A DNA stretch of 64,000 nucleotides from an uncultured Verrucomicrobiae bacterium (GCA_963769025.1 CAVYKI010000009.1:832001-896000); one strand, 5' to 3'. Positions 18,699-29,797 are shown, counted from the stretch's first letter. The notes: generated by a model not told the origin, from the letters alone. Translations and numbers: made by a program.

Positions 18699-19511
18699 AT
18701 GAAATCCGCCATCACCGTCTCCCTCGTCACGCAAGCCAAAGGCGGGCCGTTTGTCTATTGGAACGGCCTGGCGGATGCGTGCGAAAAGGCCGCTGCGCTC
18801 GGCTTTGACGCCATCGAGATTTTCCCGCCCGCGGCCAATGCGCTCGACATCGCGGAAGTGCAGGGACTGCTCGATCATCACGAGTTGAAGGTCGCCGCGG
18901 TCGGCACCGGCGGCGGATGGCTGATTCACAAGTGGACGCTCACGCATCCCGACGCGGAGATTCGCAAGCAGGCGCGGGAATTCATCCGTGCGGTCGTGGA
19001 TGTCGCAGGCGGCTTCGGCGCACCTGCGATCCTCGGCTCGATGCAGGGGCGCTGGGAAAACAACATCGTCCGCGAGCAGGCGCTCGCGTGGCTCGGCGAA
19101 GCGCTCGACGATCTCGGCGAACACGCGGCATCGCACGGCACCGTCTTTCTCTACGAGCCGCTGAACCGCTACGAGACGAACCTCTTCAACCGCCAGCAGG
19201 ACGCCGCGGATTGGCTGCGCACGCTGAAGACGCAAAACGTGCGGCTGCTCTGCGATCTCTTCCACATGGCCATCGAGGAATCCGACCCCGCAGCCACGCT
19301 GCGCGCGTGCGGGCCGGTTGTGGGGCATGTGCACTTCGCCGACTCGAACCGCCGCGCCATCGGCATGGGCCACACTGACATCGAGCCCATTATCGCCGCG
19401 CTGCGCGACATCGGCTACAAGGGCTACCTCTCCGCGGAGATCGTGCCGCTGCCGGATTCCGACGCAGCAGCGAAGCAGACCATCGCGAGCTTCCGCGCAC
19501 TCACCGCCTGA
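18699..19511 (+). CDS. Sugar phosphate isomerase/epimerase (xylose-isomerase-like TIM barrel)
   Basis: GFDAIE, EPLNRYE, DLFHM, HVHFADSNR..G.GH, GYLSAE. Confidence 0.9.
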   Translation: MKSAITVSLVTQAKGGPFVYWNGLADACEKAAALGFDAIEIFPPAANALDIAEVQGLLDHHELKVAAVGTGGGWLIHKWTLTHPDAEIRKQAREFIRAVVDVAGGFGAPAILGSMQGRWENNIVREQALAWLGEALDDLGEHAASHGTVFLYEPLNRYETNLFNRQQDAADWLRTLKTQNVRLLCDLFHMAIEESDPAATLRACGPVVGHVHFADSNRRAIGMGHTDIEPIIAALRDIGYKGYLSAEIVPLPDSDAAAKQTIASFRALTA

Positions 19512-19528
19512 TCGAAGTGCAAGAAATG

Positions 19529-19626
19529 AAACGCGGAGACGCAGAGATGCGGAGGAAGCGAAGACATTCGCGATCGAACCATTCGTCGCGGCAGTGTTTC
19601 TTGCATCGCTCTGCGTCTCTGCGTTT
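19529..19626. repeat. Intergenic inverted repeat built from octamer units (18-bp arms, one mismatch)
   Basis: AAACGCGGAGACGCAGAG (19529-19546) pairs with CTCTGCGTCTCTGCGTTT (19609-19626). Confidence 0.85.
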
Positions 19627-19668
19627 TGAAAATATCCCCCTAACCGCTCCCTCCTCTCAACTCTCACC

Positions 19669-20115
19669 ATGCTGAAGACCCCGCTCCTCCATCCCGACAT
19701 CCTCGCCATCGCCGCACGCTGCGGACACCACGCCAAAATTCTCATCGCCGACGGCAACTATCCCGCGTCCACGGCCAAGGGCCCAAATGCGCAGCAGGTC
19801 TGCCTCCAGCTCATCCCCGGCGTGCCCACCGTCGCGCAGGTCCTCCGCGCGCTCATGAGCGTGCTGCCGTTCGACGCCATCAACACCATGGGCATCCCCG
19901 CCGACGATCCGTATGCAAAATACGGCGAGCCGCCGGTGTGGAAGGAACTGCGCGCCATCGCCGTCGAAACGGGCGCGACCGTGACCATCGAGCCGATTTC
20001 CAAATGGGATTTCTACAAGGCCGTCGAGTCCGCCGACCACGTGCTCACCATCCAGACCGCCGACCAGGCGCTGTGGGCGAACGTGCTGCTCACCGTCGGC
20101 GTCCGCACCTCGTAG
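19669..20115 (+). CDS. RbsD/FucU family sugar mutarotase
   Basis: MLKTPLLHP, GHHAKILIADGNYP, DFY, IQTAD..WANVLL. Confidence 0.88.
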   Translation: MLKTPLLHPDILAIAARCGHHAKILIADGNYPASTAKGPNAQQVCLQLIPGVPTVAQVLRALMSVLPFDAINTMGIPADDPYAKYGEPPVWKELRAIAVETGATVTIEPISKWDFYKAVESADHVLTIQTADQALWANVLLTVGVRTS

Positions 20116-20150
20116 AATCCGAAATCCAAAAATCCCAAATCTTAAATCCA
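20116..20150 (+). repeat. Degenerate heptamer tandem repeat (AAATCC-type, 5 units)
   Basis: AATCCGA AATCCAA AAATCCC AAATCTT AAATCCA fills the whole intergenic gap. Confidence 0.8.
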
Positions 20151-20152
20151 AT

Positions 20153-21092
20153 ATGCCCCTTCCCACCCGCCGTCTCGGCAAAACGGATCTCCACCTTCCC
20201 ATCCTCAGCTTCGGCGCATCGTCGCTCGGCGCGGAGTTTCGCAACGTCACGCTCGAGGAGGTGATGAAGAGCGTCCACGTGGCGCTCGAATGCGGGCTGA
20301 ACTTCATCGACACGTCGCCATTCTACGGCCGCGGCATGAGCGAGGTGCTGCTCGGCGTCGCGCTGAAAGGCGTGCCGCGCGACAGCTACACGCTTTGCAC
20401 GAAACTCGGGCGCTACGATCTGCAGCATTTCGATTTCTCCGCGAAGCGCGTCGCGGAGAGCGTGGACGTGTCGCTGCACCGCCTCGGCACCGACCACCTC
20501 GACATCGTGCTGTGCCACGACATCGAGTTCGTGCCGATGCAGCAGATCGTGGATGAGACGATTCCCGCGATGAAAAAGATCCAGCAGTCCGGCAAGGTCC
20601 GCTACATCGGTTTCAGCGGCTACCCGATGAAGATTTTCCGCTTCATCTGCGACCAGACGGACGTGGACTGCGTGCTGAGCTACAACCAGTACACGCTGCA
20701 AAACACCCGGTTCGCCGACGAGGCCGTGCCTTACCTGAAAAGCAAAGGTGTGGGCGCGATGAATGCCGGCCCGTTCAGCGCGCGCCTGCTCACGAATGCG
20801 CCGCTGCCCGCATGGCTGAAGGAGCCGGAGAACGTGAAGGCCGCGGCGCGCAAGGCGGCGGAGCTTTGCGCCAGCAAGGGCGTCGGACATCGCCAAGCTC
20901 GCACTGCAGTTCTCCATCGAAAACCCGGACATCGCGACCACCGTGAGCGGCAGCGCGAACCCGAACAACATCCGCAACTGGGCGAAATGGGCGGCTGAGC
21001 CGATCGACCGGGAATTGCTCGCCGAGGTGCAGGCGATCTTCGCCCCGGTGAAAAATCTCGGGCACAAGGAAGGGCTGCCCGAGAACAACTGA
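20153..21092 (+). CDS. Aldo/keto reductase, L-galactose/L-fucose dehydrogenase-like; apparent indel near 20887
   Basis: RRLGKT, FIDTSPFYG, TKLGRY, FDFS, HDIEF, GKVRYIG. C-terminus IAKLALQFS..WAAEPID..GLPENN lies in a shifted frame ending TGA 21090-21092. Confidence 0.88.
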
Positions 21093-21205
21093 GCGCGCAC
21101 TCATGGCGCAGGCGCCCTGCCTGCGAACGGAGTGACGTTTTGCCTCCCGGAACGGCCTGCACTCCCGTGGCTCACAGCAGCCACTCAGGCCCCCGCCCAG
21201 TGTCA

Positions 21206-21233
21206 TTGACAGCCCTGCGCTCACTGATAGCTT
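21206..21233 (+). promoter_or_regulatory. Sigma70-like promoter for ridA-pyrE-secA
   Basis: TTGACA-N16-TAGCTT with extended TG, 15 nt upstream of the ATG. Confidence 0.6.
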
Positions 21234-21248
21234 CGCCGCCCATTTTCC

Positions 21249-21650
21249 ATGAAACGAGCCATCGCCAGTGATCGCGCACCAAAAGCAGTCGGCCCCTACT
21301 CCCAGGCCGTCGCATTTGGCGATCTGCTTTTCTGCGCAGGGCAGATTCCGCTCGACCCCGTCACGGGCGAAATCACCGGTGCCGATGTCGCCGCACAGAC
21401 GGAGCGGGTCATCGAGAACATCAAGGCCGTGCTCGCCGTGAATGCGATGACGCTCGGCGATGTCGTCAAGACGACGGTCTTCCTGACGACGATGGACGAC
21501 TTCGCGGCGATGAATGCGGTGTACGCGCGGCATTTTTCCGAACCGTTTCCCGCGCGCTCGACGGTTGCGGTGCTTGGACTTCCCCGCGGGGCAAAGGTGG
21601 AAATCGAAGTCACCGCGGCGAAATCCAAAGCAGACGGCTCCAAGGCATGA
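21249..21650 (+). CDS. ridA: RidA/YjgF family imine deaminase
   Basis: APKAVGPYSQA, GQIPLDP, VVKTTVFL, FAAMNAVY, PARS, VEIE. Confidence 0.93.
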   Translation: MKRAIASDRAPKAVGPYSQAVAFGDLLFCAGQIPLDPVTGEITGADVAAQTERVIENIKAVLAVNAMTLGDVVKTTVFLTTMDDFAAMNAVYARHFSEPFPARSTVAVLGLPRGAKVEIEVTAAKSKADGSKA

Positions 21651-22216
21651 ACGACGACGAAATCCTTTCACTTTTCCGCCAGACAAACGCCCTTCTCGAG
21701 GGGCACTTCGTCCTCCGGTCCGGCCTGCACAGCCGGCAGTTTTTCCAGTGCGCGCTCCTGCTGAAGGAGACGCCGGTCGCCGTGCGCATCTGCGCCGCGC
21801 TCGCGGAGAAGGTGCGCGGTGTCGGCGCCGAGATGGTCATCTCGCCCGCGATGGGCGGAATCATCGTCGGCCACGAAATCGCCCGCACCCTCGGATTGCC
21901 GCACATCTTCGCGGAGAAGGACGAAGGACTGCTCGTGCTGCGGCGCGGGTTTGAAATCCGGCCCGGCCAGAAATTCATCGTCGCCGAAGACGTCGTCACC
22001 CGCGGCGGACGCGTGCAGGAGACCATCGACATTGTCCGCTCGCGCGGCGGCGTGGTCGTGGCGATCGCGACGATCGTTGATCGCTCCGGCGGCAAGCTTC
22101 CCGACTTCGGCGCGCCGTTCTTCGCTCTCATGCAGCTGAATGTCGAAACATTCGAGGCCGACAAACTTCCACCCGATCTCGCGGCCACACAGGCCATCAA
22201 GCCCGGCAGCAAATAG
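21647..22216 (+). CDS. pyrE: Orotate phosphoribosyltransferase
   Basis: LLEGHFVLRSGLHS, PAMGG, VAEDVVTRGG, IVDRS. Confidence 0.95.
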   Translation: MNDDEILSLFRQTNALLEGHFVLRSGLHSRQFFQCALLLKETPVAVRICAALAEKVRGVGAEMVISPAMGGIIVGHEIARTLGLPHIFAEKDEGLLVLRRGFEIRPGQKFIVAEDVVTRGGRVQETIDIVRSRGGVVVAIATIVDRSGGKLPDFGAPFFALMQLNVETFEADKLPPDLAATQAIKPGSK

Positions 22217-22249
22217 CCCGGCAATCCATCGCACCTCTCCCTTTTCATC

Positions 22250-25200
22250 ATGAATCCTGTCACCTGGATCCTCAAAAAATTCTTCGGCTCCAAAAACGCG
22301 CGCATGGTCAAGGCCCTGCGGCCGGTCGTCGCGCGCATCAACCAACTCGAACAGGAATACCGTTCGCTGAGCGACGATGCACTGCGCGCGAAGGTCGCGA
22401 AGTGGAAGGAGGAGCTGAAGCCTCTCGACTGGACCGCGCAGCAGCAATACCTCGACAAAATCCTGCCCGAGGCATTCGCGGCGGTGAAGAACGCCGCCTT
22501 CCGGCTGAACGAACGCAAGGCCGAGTTCACCGTCTGCGGCCAGCCGATGACGTGGGCGATGGTGCATTTCGACACGCAGCTCATCGGCGGCTACTGCCTG
22601 CACAAGGGCATGATCGCCGAGATGGCCACCGGCGAGGGCAAGACCCTCGTCGCCACGCTCCCGCTTTTCCTGAACGGACTCACGGGTCGCGGCGCGCATC
22701 TCGTCACGACGAACGACTACCTCGCCCGCCGCGACGCGGAGTGGATGGGGCAGATTTACCAGTTCCTCGGCCTCACCGTCGGCATCATCCAGCACGACCA
22801 GTCGCCCGACGTCCGCCGCGAGCAATACGCCGCGGACATCTGCTACGGCATGAACTCCGAGTTCGGCTTCGATTACCTGCGCGACAACGGCATGGCCACA
22901 TCGAAGGAGCAGCAGGTCCAGCGCGGACACTGGTTCGCCATCGTGGACGAGGTGGACTCCATCCTCATCGACGAAGCGCGCGTGCCGCTCATCATCAGCG
23001 GCCCCGTCACCGTCTCCACGCATCAGTTCGACAAGTACAAGCCGCTCGTCGAAGCAGATCGTCAAAAAGCAGACGATGCTCTGCAACCGCCTCGCGAACG
23101 AAGCCACGCAGCTCTTTGAACAAGCCGACGTGGACCCGAAAGCCGGACCGCCGGCGAAGGGAAAGGCCAGCGACAGCAGCCGCATCGAGGATGCCGCGCG
23201 CATCATGGTCAAAGTGAAATGGGGCCAGCCGCTGAACAAAGGCTACCTCCGCGCGATGGAGGATCCCGAGAAGCGCAAGGCCATCGAGAAGATGGAACTC
23301 TCCTTCTACGCCGACGTGCGCAAGGAGGAGATGTGGAAGCTCAAGGAGGAGCTCTTCTTCACGATCGACCAGCGAGCCCACGAGGCCGACCTCACCGAGC
23401 AGGGCCGCAATTTCATGAGCCCCGGCGATCCCGATGCATTCGTCCTGCCGGACCTTCCGACGCATTCGCCGAAATCGACGGCAGACACCGAACTGACGGA
23501 TCAGCAAAAGATCGAGGCAAAGGCGAAGGCCCAGGAGCACATGAATGTGCAGAGCGAGCGCATCCACAACATCTCGCAGCTCCTCCGCGCGTACTGCCTT
23601 TACGAAAAGGACGTCCACTACATCGTCGCCGAGGGCAAGGTCGTCATCGTCGATGAAAACACCGGGCGCACGATGCCCGGCCGCCGCTGGAGCGACGGCC
23701 TCCACCAGGCCGTCGAGGCGAAGGAAGGCGTCCAGATCGACAAGGAGACCCAGACGCTCGCGACGATCACGGTGCAGAATTATTTCCGCCTGTACAAGAA
23801 GCTCGGCGGCATGACCGGCACGGCGGAAACCGAGGCAAACGAATTCCACGACATCTACAAACTGGATGTCGCCGTCATCCCGACGAACCGCCCGTGCGTC
23901 CGCAAGGACGGCAACGACCTCATCTTCAAGACGCGCCGGGAAAAGTACAACTCGGTCGTGAAGGAAATCTCGGAGGCGCATGCGAAGGGCCAGCCCGTGC
24001 TCGTCGGCACGGCGAGCGTCGAGGCGTCGGAACTTGGTTTCGCGCATGCTGCAGCGCGCGAAAATCCCGCACACGGTGCTCAACGCGCGCCACAACCAGC
24101 AGGAGGCCGAGATCATCTCCCGCGCCGGGCAATTCGGCGCCGTCACCATTTCCACGAACATGGCGGGCCGCGGCACGGACATCAAACTCGCGCCGGGCGT
24201 CGCCGAGGTCGGCGGGCTCTACGTGCTCGCCACCGAGCGTCACGAATCCCGCCGCATCGACCGCCAGCTCCGCGGCCGCGGCGCGCGCCAGGGCGATCCG
24301 GGCTACTCACGTTTCTACGTCAGCTTCGAGGACGACCTCATGCGCAACTTCGGCGCCGCCGAGCGCATGACGAAGCTCATGGAGCGTTTCGGCATGCAGG
24401 AAGGCGAGGCTCTGGAGCATTCGTGGCTGAACAAGTCCGTCGAGACCGCGCAAAAGCGCGTCGAGCAGCGCAACTACCTCATCCGCAAACGCACGCTCGA
24501 ATTCGACGACGTGATGAACAAGCAGCGCGAAGTCATCTACGGCTGGCGCAACGAGGCCATCAACACCGACGATCCGCGCGCGCTGCTTTACGACGTCATC
24601 GACGACCGCATCCCGGAGAAGGTCGAGGAATTCTTCCCGAGCGGCGAGATGCCCGACACCGAGGGCCTGCTCCAGTGGGCGAACATCACTTTCCCCATCT
24701 CTGTGGACAAGGCGTCCATCGAAGGCAAGACCGAGGAGGAAGTCGCCGCGCACCTCTGCGAACGCGTGAAGAAAGCCTACGAGCTGAAATCGCAGCACGA
24801 GGTGCCCGAGCAGCTCAAGAGCCTGGAACGCTACATCACGCTCGGCGCAATCGACCGCCTGTGGCAGGAGCACCTCTACGGCATGGACGGCCTGCGCGAG
24901 GGCGTTTACCTCCGCGCCTACGGCCAGAAGGATCCGCTCATCGAGTACAAGCAGGAAGCCTACAAGATGTTCAAGGTGCTCATGGGAGGCATGAAGGACG
25001 AAGTGCTCCACAACCTCTTCCGCAGCACGTCGAACATCATGGCCTTCGAGGAATTCCTCTCGAACCTGCCGCAATTCCTCTCCGCGCCCGACGAGAGCAG
25101 CATCCCCGCCGGCACTGGCACCGTCGCGCCTCAGCCCGAAGAGGCCGGTGCCGAGGCCGAACCGCATCTCAATCTCCCCGTGCGCCGCGAAATCCCCAAG

Positions 25201-25272
25201 GTCGGCCGCAACGAGCCCTGCCCCTGCGGAAGCGGGCGAAAATTCAAGGACTGCTGCGGGAAGAAGGCGTAG
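22250..25272 (+). CDS. secA: Preprotein translocase ATPase SecA (apparent indels near 23055 and 24035)
   Basis: [53 protein letters not shown]-terminal [13 protein letters not shown], across three frames. Confidence 0.97.
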
Positions 25273-25371
25273 TGCATGGCCGAGGCGCAGGGTTTGCCAT
25301 TTCCCCCGCCCTTTCCTCATCCGCGCGAACAGTGAAATGTCCGCCGTTCGTGAAGAGCCGCCTTTGCACGC

Positions 25372-25788
25372 TTACGCGGATTGCTTCCTGGTTTGCCGCA
25401 GTTGCTTCGCTGTCACCTTCACGAGTTCCATCGCGACTTTCAGGTCGAGGTCGGCGAGCTTTTTGAAACGGATGCAACATTTGCCGACGGATACTTTGCC
25501 TAGTCGGTGCTTGTTTTTCTCGGCGAGCGAGTCGTCACCGCAACCGAGGTAGAGGCTGATGTATTGCTTCTGGCTCGCGAGCATCACCACGCCGGTGTCT
25601 CCCTCGCGTCCGCTTTGGTATTTGTAGCGATACTTCCCGTAGCCGAGGAAACCGGCGATCATCTCGGGCTTGTGCTTCGGGATGGCCTTGCAGATCGCCT
25701 CGTGCAGCGCGCACACGTCGCTTCGTCGTGGCTCTGCGAGGCTGGCGAAATATTGCCCGGGCGTCTTGATGTCCGGGGAAGCGATCAT
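25372..25788 (-). CDS. DUF1801 (YdhG-like) protein
   Basis: [38 protein letters not shown]. Confidence 0.85.
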   Translation of the reverse strand: MIASPDIKTPGQYFASLAEPRRSDVCALHEAICKAIPKHKPEMIAGFLGYGKYRYKYQSGREGDTGVVMLASQKQYISLYLGCGDDSLAEKNKHRLGKVSVGKCCIRFKKLADLDLKVAMELVKVTAKQLRQTRKQSA

Positions 25789-25824
25789 GTTCGGGCGGCG
25801 TCCTGCCGTCGGCGGCTGCGAGGC

Positions 25825-27204
25825 TCAGAAGAGCTCCGTGATCGGCCTTCGTGCCGAAGTCCACCAGCGGGAACGGGCGGCCTTGCGGACCGGGAAGGTG
25901 GGCATCGAGGTCGAGGCCGAGGCCGTGGAAAATGGTCGCGATGATTTCCTTCGGCTCGCACGGGACGCTCGGTCGGATAGCCGCCGATTTCGTCGCTCTT
26001 GCCGATGGCGCGCCCGCCTTTCACGCCGCCGCCGGCGAAGTAGACGCTCCAGCACTGCGGCCAGTGGTCGCGTCCGCCCGCTGGGATTCACCTTCGGCGT
26101 GCGGCCGAACTCCGCGAGGCACGCGACCATCGTGGTGTCGAGCATCCCGCGCTGGTGCAGGTCCTCGATGAGCGCGCTGTAGCCCTGGTCGTACATCGGC
26201 GCGACGATGTCCTTCATGCCGGCGATGCTCGTGAAGGGCTTCGAGCCGTGGATGTCCCAGGTGATTTCGTTGAAGACGGTGATGAACGTATTGAGCGTGA
26301 CGAAACGCACGCCCGCGCTCGACGAGCCGGCGCGCGAGCAGGCAGCACTGGCCGAAGCGGTTCATGCCGTAGCGCTCGCGGACGGCTGCGCGGCTCCTTG
26401 CTCAGATCGAACGCCTCGCGCGCGAGCGGCGACGTCATCAGCCGGTACGCGGCCTCGAAATTTGCATCCATGAGTTGCGCGTCCGGGCGACGCGTCGAAG
26501 TTCGCGCAGCGTGCCTTCGATCACTTCGCGCAACTTGCGGCGGCGATCGAGCCGCGCCTCGCCGATCTCCGCCGGCGGCAGCAGATCGGGCACGCGGAAG
26601 TCCGGCTTCGACGGATCGGCATTCAGCACGAACGGATCGTGGCTTTTCCCGAGGAAGCCCGCGTCCTGCCCGTGCGGCATGTTGCCGCCGGTCGGGCCCA
26701 TCGGCTCGGGGAGGATGACGTGCGCGGGCAGTTCGTTCGTGCGGCCCTTGCAGAAACTCATACACGCAGCCGGCGTGCGGCGTGTTGATGCCGCCGGTGA
26801 AAAGCCGGCCGGTCTGCATCATCTGATGCCCCGTGTCGTGCACCGCCGCCGCGGTGTGATGCACGCTGCGCACGATGCTGAATTTGTCCGCGATGGCCGC
26901 GTGCTTCGGAAAAATCTCGGTGATCTGGAAATCGCCCTTCGTCGAGATGGGCTTGAACGGCCCGCGCACTTCGCGCGGCGCATCCGGCTTCGGATCCCAG
27001 CAGTCGAGCTGCGACGGCGCGCCGAGATTGAAGATGAGGATGCACGCCTTTTCCTTCGCCGCGGACTTGGCGGCGGTGCGGCGCCGCAATCGCGAGGTCC
27101 GCGAGCGAAAAACCGAGCGCGCCGAGCGTGCCGACTTGCAGGAAGTCGCGGCGCGTGACGCCGTCGCAAGTGGTGATGGAACCGGGACCGGTGATTTTGA
27201 GCAT
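25825..27204 (-). CDS. DUF1501 family protein with Tat-like motif (heavily frameshifted)
   Basis: [43 protein letters not shown], spread over many frames. Confidence 0.85.
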
Positions 27205-27366
27205 GGCTGGGAAAGAAGGGTGCGAATGGATAACCTGCTTCCAAGCGTTCGCCAAGGCGCTGTTTGACGCACGCAGCCGGATGAGGATGCACTTGCCGGA
27301 AGTCCGCGAAATGGGTCAATGAACGCGCATGAGCAAGGACACCACGAACGGCGCGGCGCGGACGCG

Positions 27367-28182
27367 ATGACGAACGCGCTCGCCAAGTACGCGAAGGTCT
27401 TCAACGTCGGCGCGCAGAACACGTTCGTCTATCGGTGGAATTTCATCTTCCGATCCGTCTTCGGCATCGTGCCGCTCATCGGGACGATCTTCCTGTGGAA
27501 GGCGATGTATGGCGGCGCCGGCGAGACCACCCTGAGCGGCTACACGTTCAGCCAGCTCATCCTCTATTTCGCGATGACCATCTTCGTGGAGAATCTCGTC
27601 ACGCCCACCGAGGACGAGTGGCAAATCGCCGGAGAGATACGCGACGGGAAGATGAGCTTTCTCCTGCTGAAGCCGGTGAATTACATGGCCTACCGCTTCA
27701 CGCTCTACGGGAGCTACCGGCTGCTCTACACGGCGGTCCTGCTGCCCGGAGTCGCGCTGATTTTCTTTTTCCTCCGCGAATATATCACGCTGCCCGCGAA
27801 TGCGGTCACGTGGCTGTACTTCGGGCTCAGCACCGCGATGGCGGCGCTCATCCAGTTCTTCATCGCGTATTCGATCGCCATGCTCGCGTTCTGGATTTTG
27901 GAAATTTCCACCGTCGTCTTCATGGTCTTCTCGGTGGAATATTTTCTGAGCGGACAAATCTTCCCGCTCGACATGCTGCCACGGTGGCTCGGGGACATCG
28001 TGAAATGGACTCCGTTTCCGTACGAGATGTATTTTCCCGTGCAGATTTTCATGGAGCGCGTGAGCGGCGCGGCGCTCATGCAAGGGCTGGCGATCCAGGC
28101 GTTCTGGGCCTTTGCAATGTGGCTGCTGGCGGTCGGGCTGTGGCGGCTCGGCATCCGGCGCTACCAGGCGGTGGGAGGATGA
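27367..28182 (+). CDS. ABC-2 family permease (DUF990-like); alternative start 27319
   Basis: FVYRWNF, IRDGKMSFLLLKP, FLSGQIFPLD, WTPFPY, YQAVGG. Confidence 0.88.
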   Translation: MTNALAKYAKVFNVGAQNTFVYRWNFIFRSVFGIVPLIGTIFLWKAMYGGAGETTLSGYTFSQLILYFAMTIFVENLVTPTEDEWQIAGEIRDGKMSFLLLKPVNYMAYRFTLYGSYRLLYTAVLLPGVALIFFFLREYITLPANAVTWLYFGLSTAMAALIQFFIAYSIAMLAFWILEISTVVFMVFSVEYFLSGQIFPLDMLPRWLGDIVKWTPFPYEMYFPVQIFMERVSGAALMQGLAIQAFWAFAMWLLAVGLWRLGIRRYQAVGG

Positions 28183-28192
28183 ACGACGCACG

Positions 28193-28987
28193 ATGAACCG
28201 CTACCTGGCCATCTACCGTCTCACCGCGCGGAACTCGCTGATCCGCGAGATGAACTTCAAGCTGAACTTCCTCCTCTGGATGGTCGTGGAGTCGCTGTGG
28301 TTTGTCGGCCAGCTCGCATTCATCGAGGTGCTCTACGGCCAGGTGGATGACATCGGGGGGTGGTCGAAGTGGCAGGTCGTCGCACTCGTCGGCGTGCATC
28401 AGATCATCGCGCAGATTTTCCAGGCGTTCTTTTACATGAACCTCGCCACCCTCCCGGAACTCGTCCGCACCGGGCGGCTCGACCTCATGCTCACTCTGCC
28501 GATGGATGCGCAGTTCGCAGTCAGTACGCGGCAGGTGGCGTTTGACTGCGTCATCAATTCCTTTGTCGGCGTGGGCATCGTCACGCTCGCGCTCGTGAAA
28601 CTCGGCACGATGCCCAGCGTCTCGCAGTTCGCGCTGTTCGCACTCGCGGTTCCGTTCGGTGTCGCAGTGCATTACGCCGTCATGTTCGGGCTGTCGTGCA
28701 TTAGCTTCTGGTTCATCCGCGCGCAGAGTTTCATCCATGGTTACTTCAATCTCTTTCACATCGGCCGCTACCCGGAGGCGGTGTTCCGCGGTGTGTTCCG
28801 GTTCATCTTCACCTGGCTGGTGCCGATCATCCTCGTCTCAAATGTGCCTGCAAAAATCCTCACCCGGCCGACGGAATCACCACTGATCAGCCTCGCAACG
28901 CTCGCGCTCGCCACGGTGATCGTCCTCACTGCGACACGGGTCTTGTGGAAACGCGGACTGCGCCGGTATGGGAGCGCGAGTTCGTAG
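28193..28987 (+). CDS. ABC-2 family permease (DUF990-like), second subunit
   Basis: IGGWS, LVRTGRLDLML..P, GRYP..VF, GLRRYGSASS. Confidence 0.88.
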   Translation: MNRYLAIYRLTARNSLIREMNFKLNFLLWMVVESLWFVGQLAFIEVLYGQVDDIGGWSKWQVVALVGVHQIIAQIFQAFFYMNLATLPELVRTGRLDLMLTLPMDAQFAVSTRQVAFDCVINSFVGVGIVTLALVKLGTMPSVSQFALFALAVPFGVAVHYAVMFGLSCISFWFIRAQSFIHGYFNLFHIGRYPEAVFRGVFRFIFTWLVPIILVSNVPAKILTRPTESPLISLATLALATVIVLTATRVLWKRGLRRYGSASS

Positions 28988-29095
28988 GCGCGCCGGGGCA
29001 ACGCGGGCAAAAATGTTGCCATTTACCCCTTGCGCCCCAGTGGTGAACTCCGTATCTATCCCGCCCTTTTCGTTCCAGGAGATCCAATTTTTACC

Positions 29096-29788
29096 ATGCC
29101 AAAATCGCAGCCCAAAAAAGCCGCCAAAAAGCCAGCCCCCAAGGTGAAGGCCGCCAAACCAGCGCCGAAAGCCGCGTTGAAGCGCGCGCCGAAGCCCGCG
29201 GCAAAACCGAAGGCGGCCAAGCCGGCGAAAGCCGGCAAGGTCAGCGCGAAGCCGGTTGCAACCCAAAGGCCGACGACGAGGCCGGATCCAAAGAAGCCGG
29301 TGAAACTCACGCCCTTTCTCAAGCAGCAGCGCGAACGCCTCATGGCCCTTCGCGACAGCATCCTCGACTCCATGGCCGGTGTCGCGAAGGACACGCTCCG
29401 CTCACGCCCTGAGGGCAGCGAGGCCAGCGCATTCGGAATGCACCAGGCAGATGCGGGCAGCGATGCCTACGACAAGGACTTCGCGCTCAGCCTCCTCTCG
29501 CAGGAGCAGGATGCACTTTATGAAATCGAGGAAGCCATCAAGCGCGTCGATGCCGGCACCTACGGCGTCTGCGAGATGAGCGGCAAGCCGATTCCGCATC
29601 CCCGGCTCGAGGCGCTTCCGTTTGCCCGCTTCACGGTCCAGTGCCAGACGGACCTCGAGAAGAACCGCCGCTTTCAGCGTTCCCGCGTCCCCGTCACATC
29701 GCTCTTCGGTCTCACCGAGAGCGAAGGCGAGTCCGACGGCGACGCCGACGAACCCGAAGAAACACCAGCAAAACCGCAGGAAGACTAA
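29096..29788 (+). CDS. TraR/DksA family transcription regulator with N-terminal K/A/P-rich tail
   Basis: HQADAGSD coiled-coil tip, IEEAIKRVDAGTYGVCEMSGKPI..RLEALPFARFTVQC. Confidence 0.9.
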   Translation: MPKSQPKKAAKKPAPKVKAAKPAPKAALKRAPKPAAKPKAAKPAKAGKVSAKPVATQRPTTRPDPKKPVKLTPFLKQQRERLMALRDSILDSMAGVAKDTLRSRPEGSEASAFGMHQADAGSDAYDKDFALSLLSQEQDALYEIEEAIKRVDAGTYGVCEMSGKPIPHPRLEALPFARFTVQCQTDLEKNRRFQRSRVPVTSLFGLTESEGESDGDADEPEETPAKPQED

Positions 29789-29797
29789 ACAATCACC

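Noticed and set aside
19529..20150. CRISPR array
   Set aside because: Repeats are 7-8-nt periodic units without unique spacers; no cas genes
22250..25272. secA (and likewise gyrA, gyrB, plsX, fabH) as pseudogenes or programmed frameshifts
   Set aside because: Essential genes with all motifs present; no consistent slippery site; artefact is more parsimonious
29011..29024. Confident Zur box
   Set aside because: Arms resemble the outer Zur consensus but the spacing is too short; kept only as a weak note
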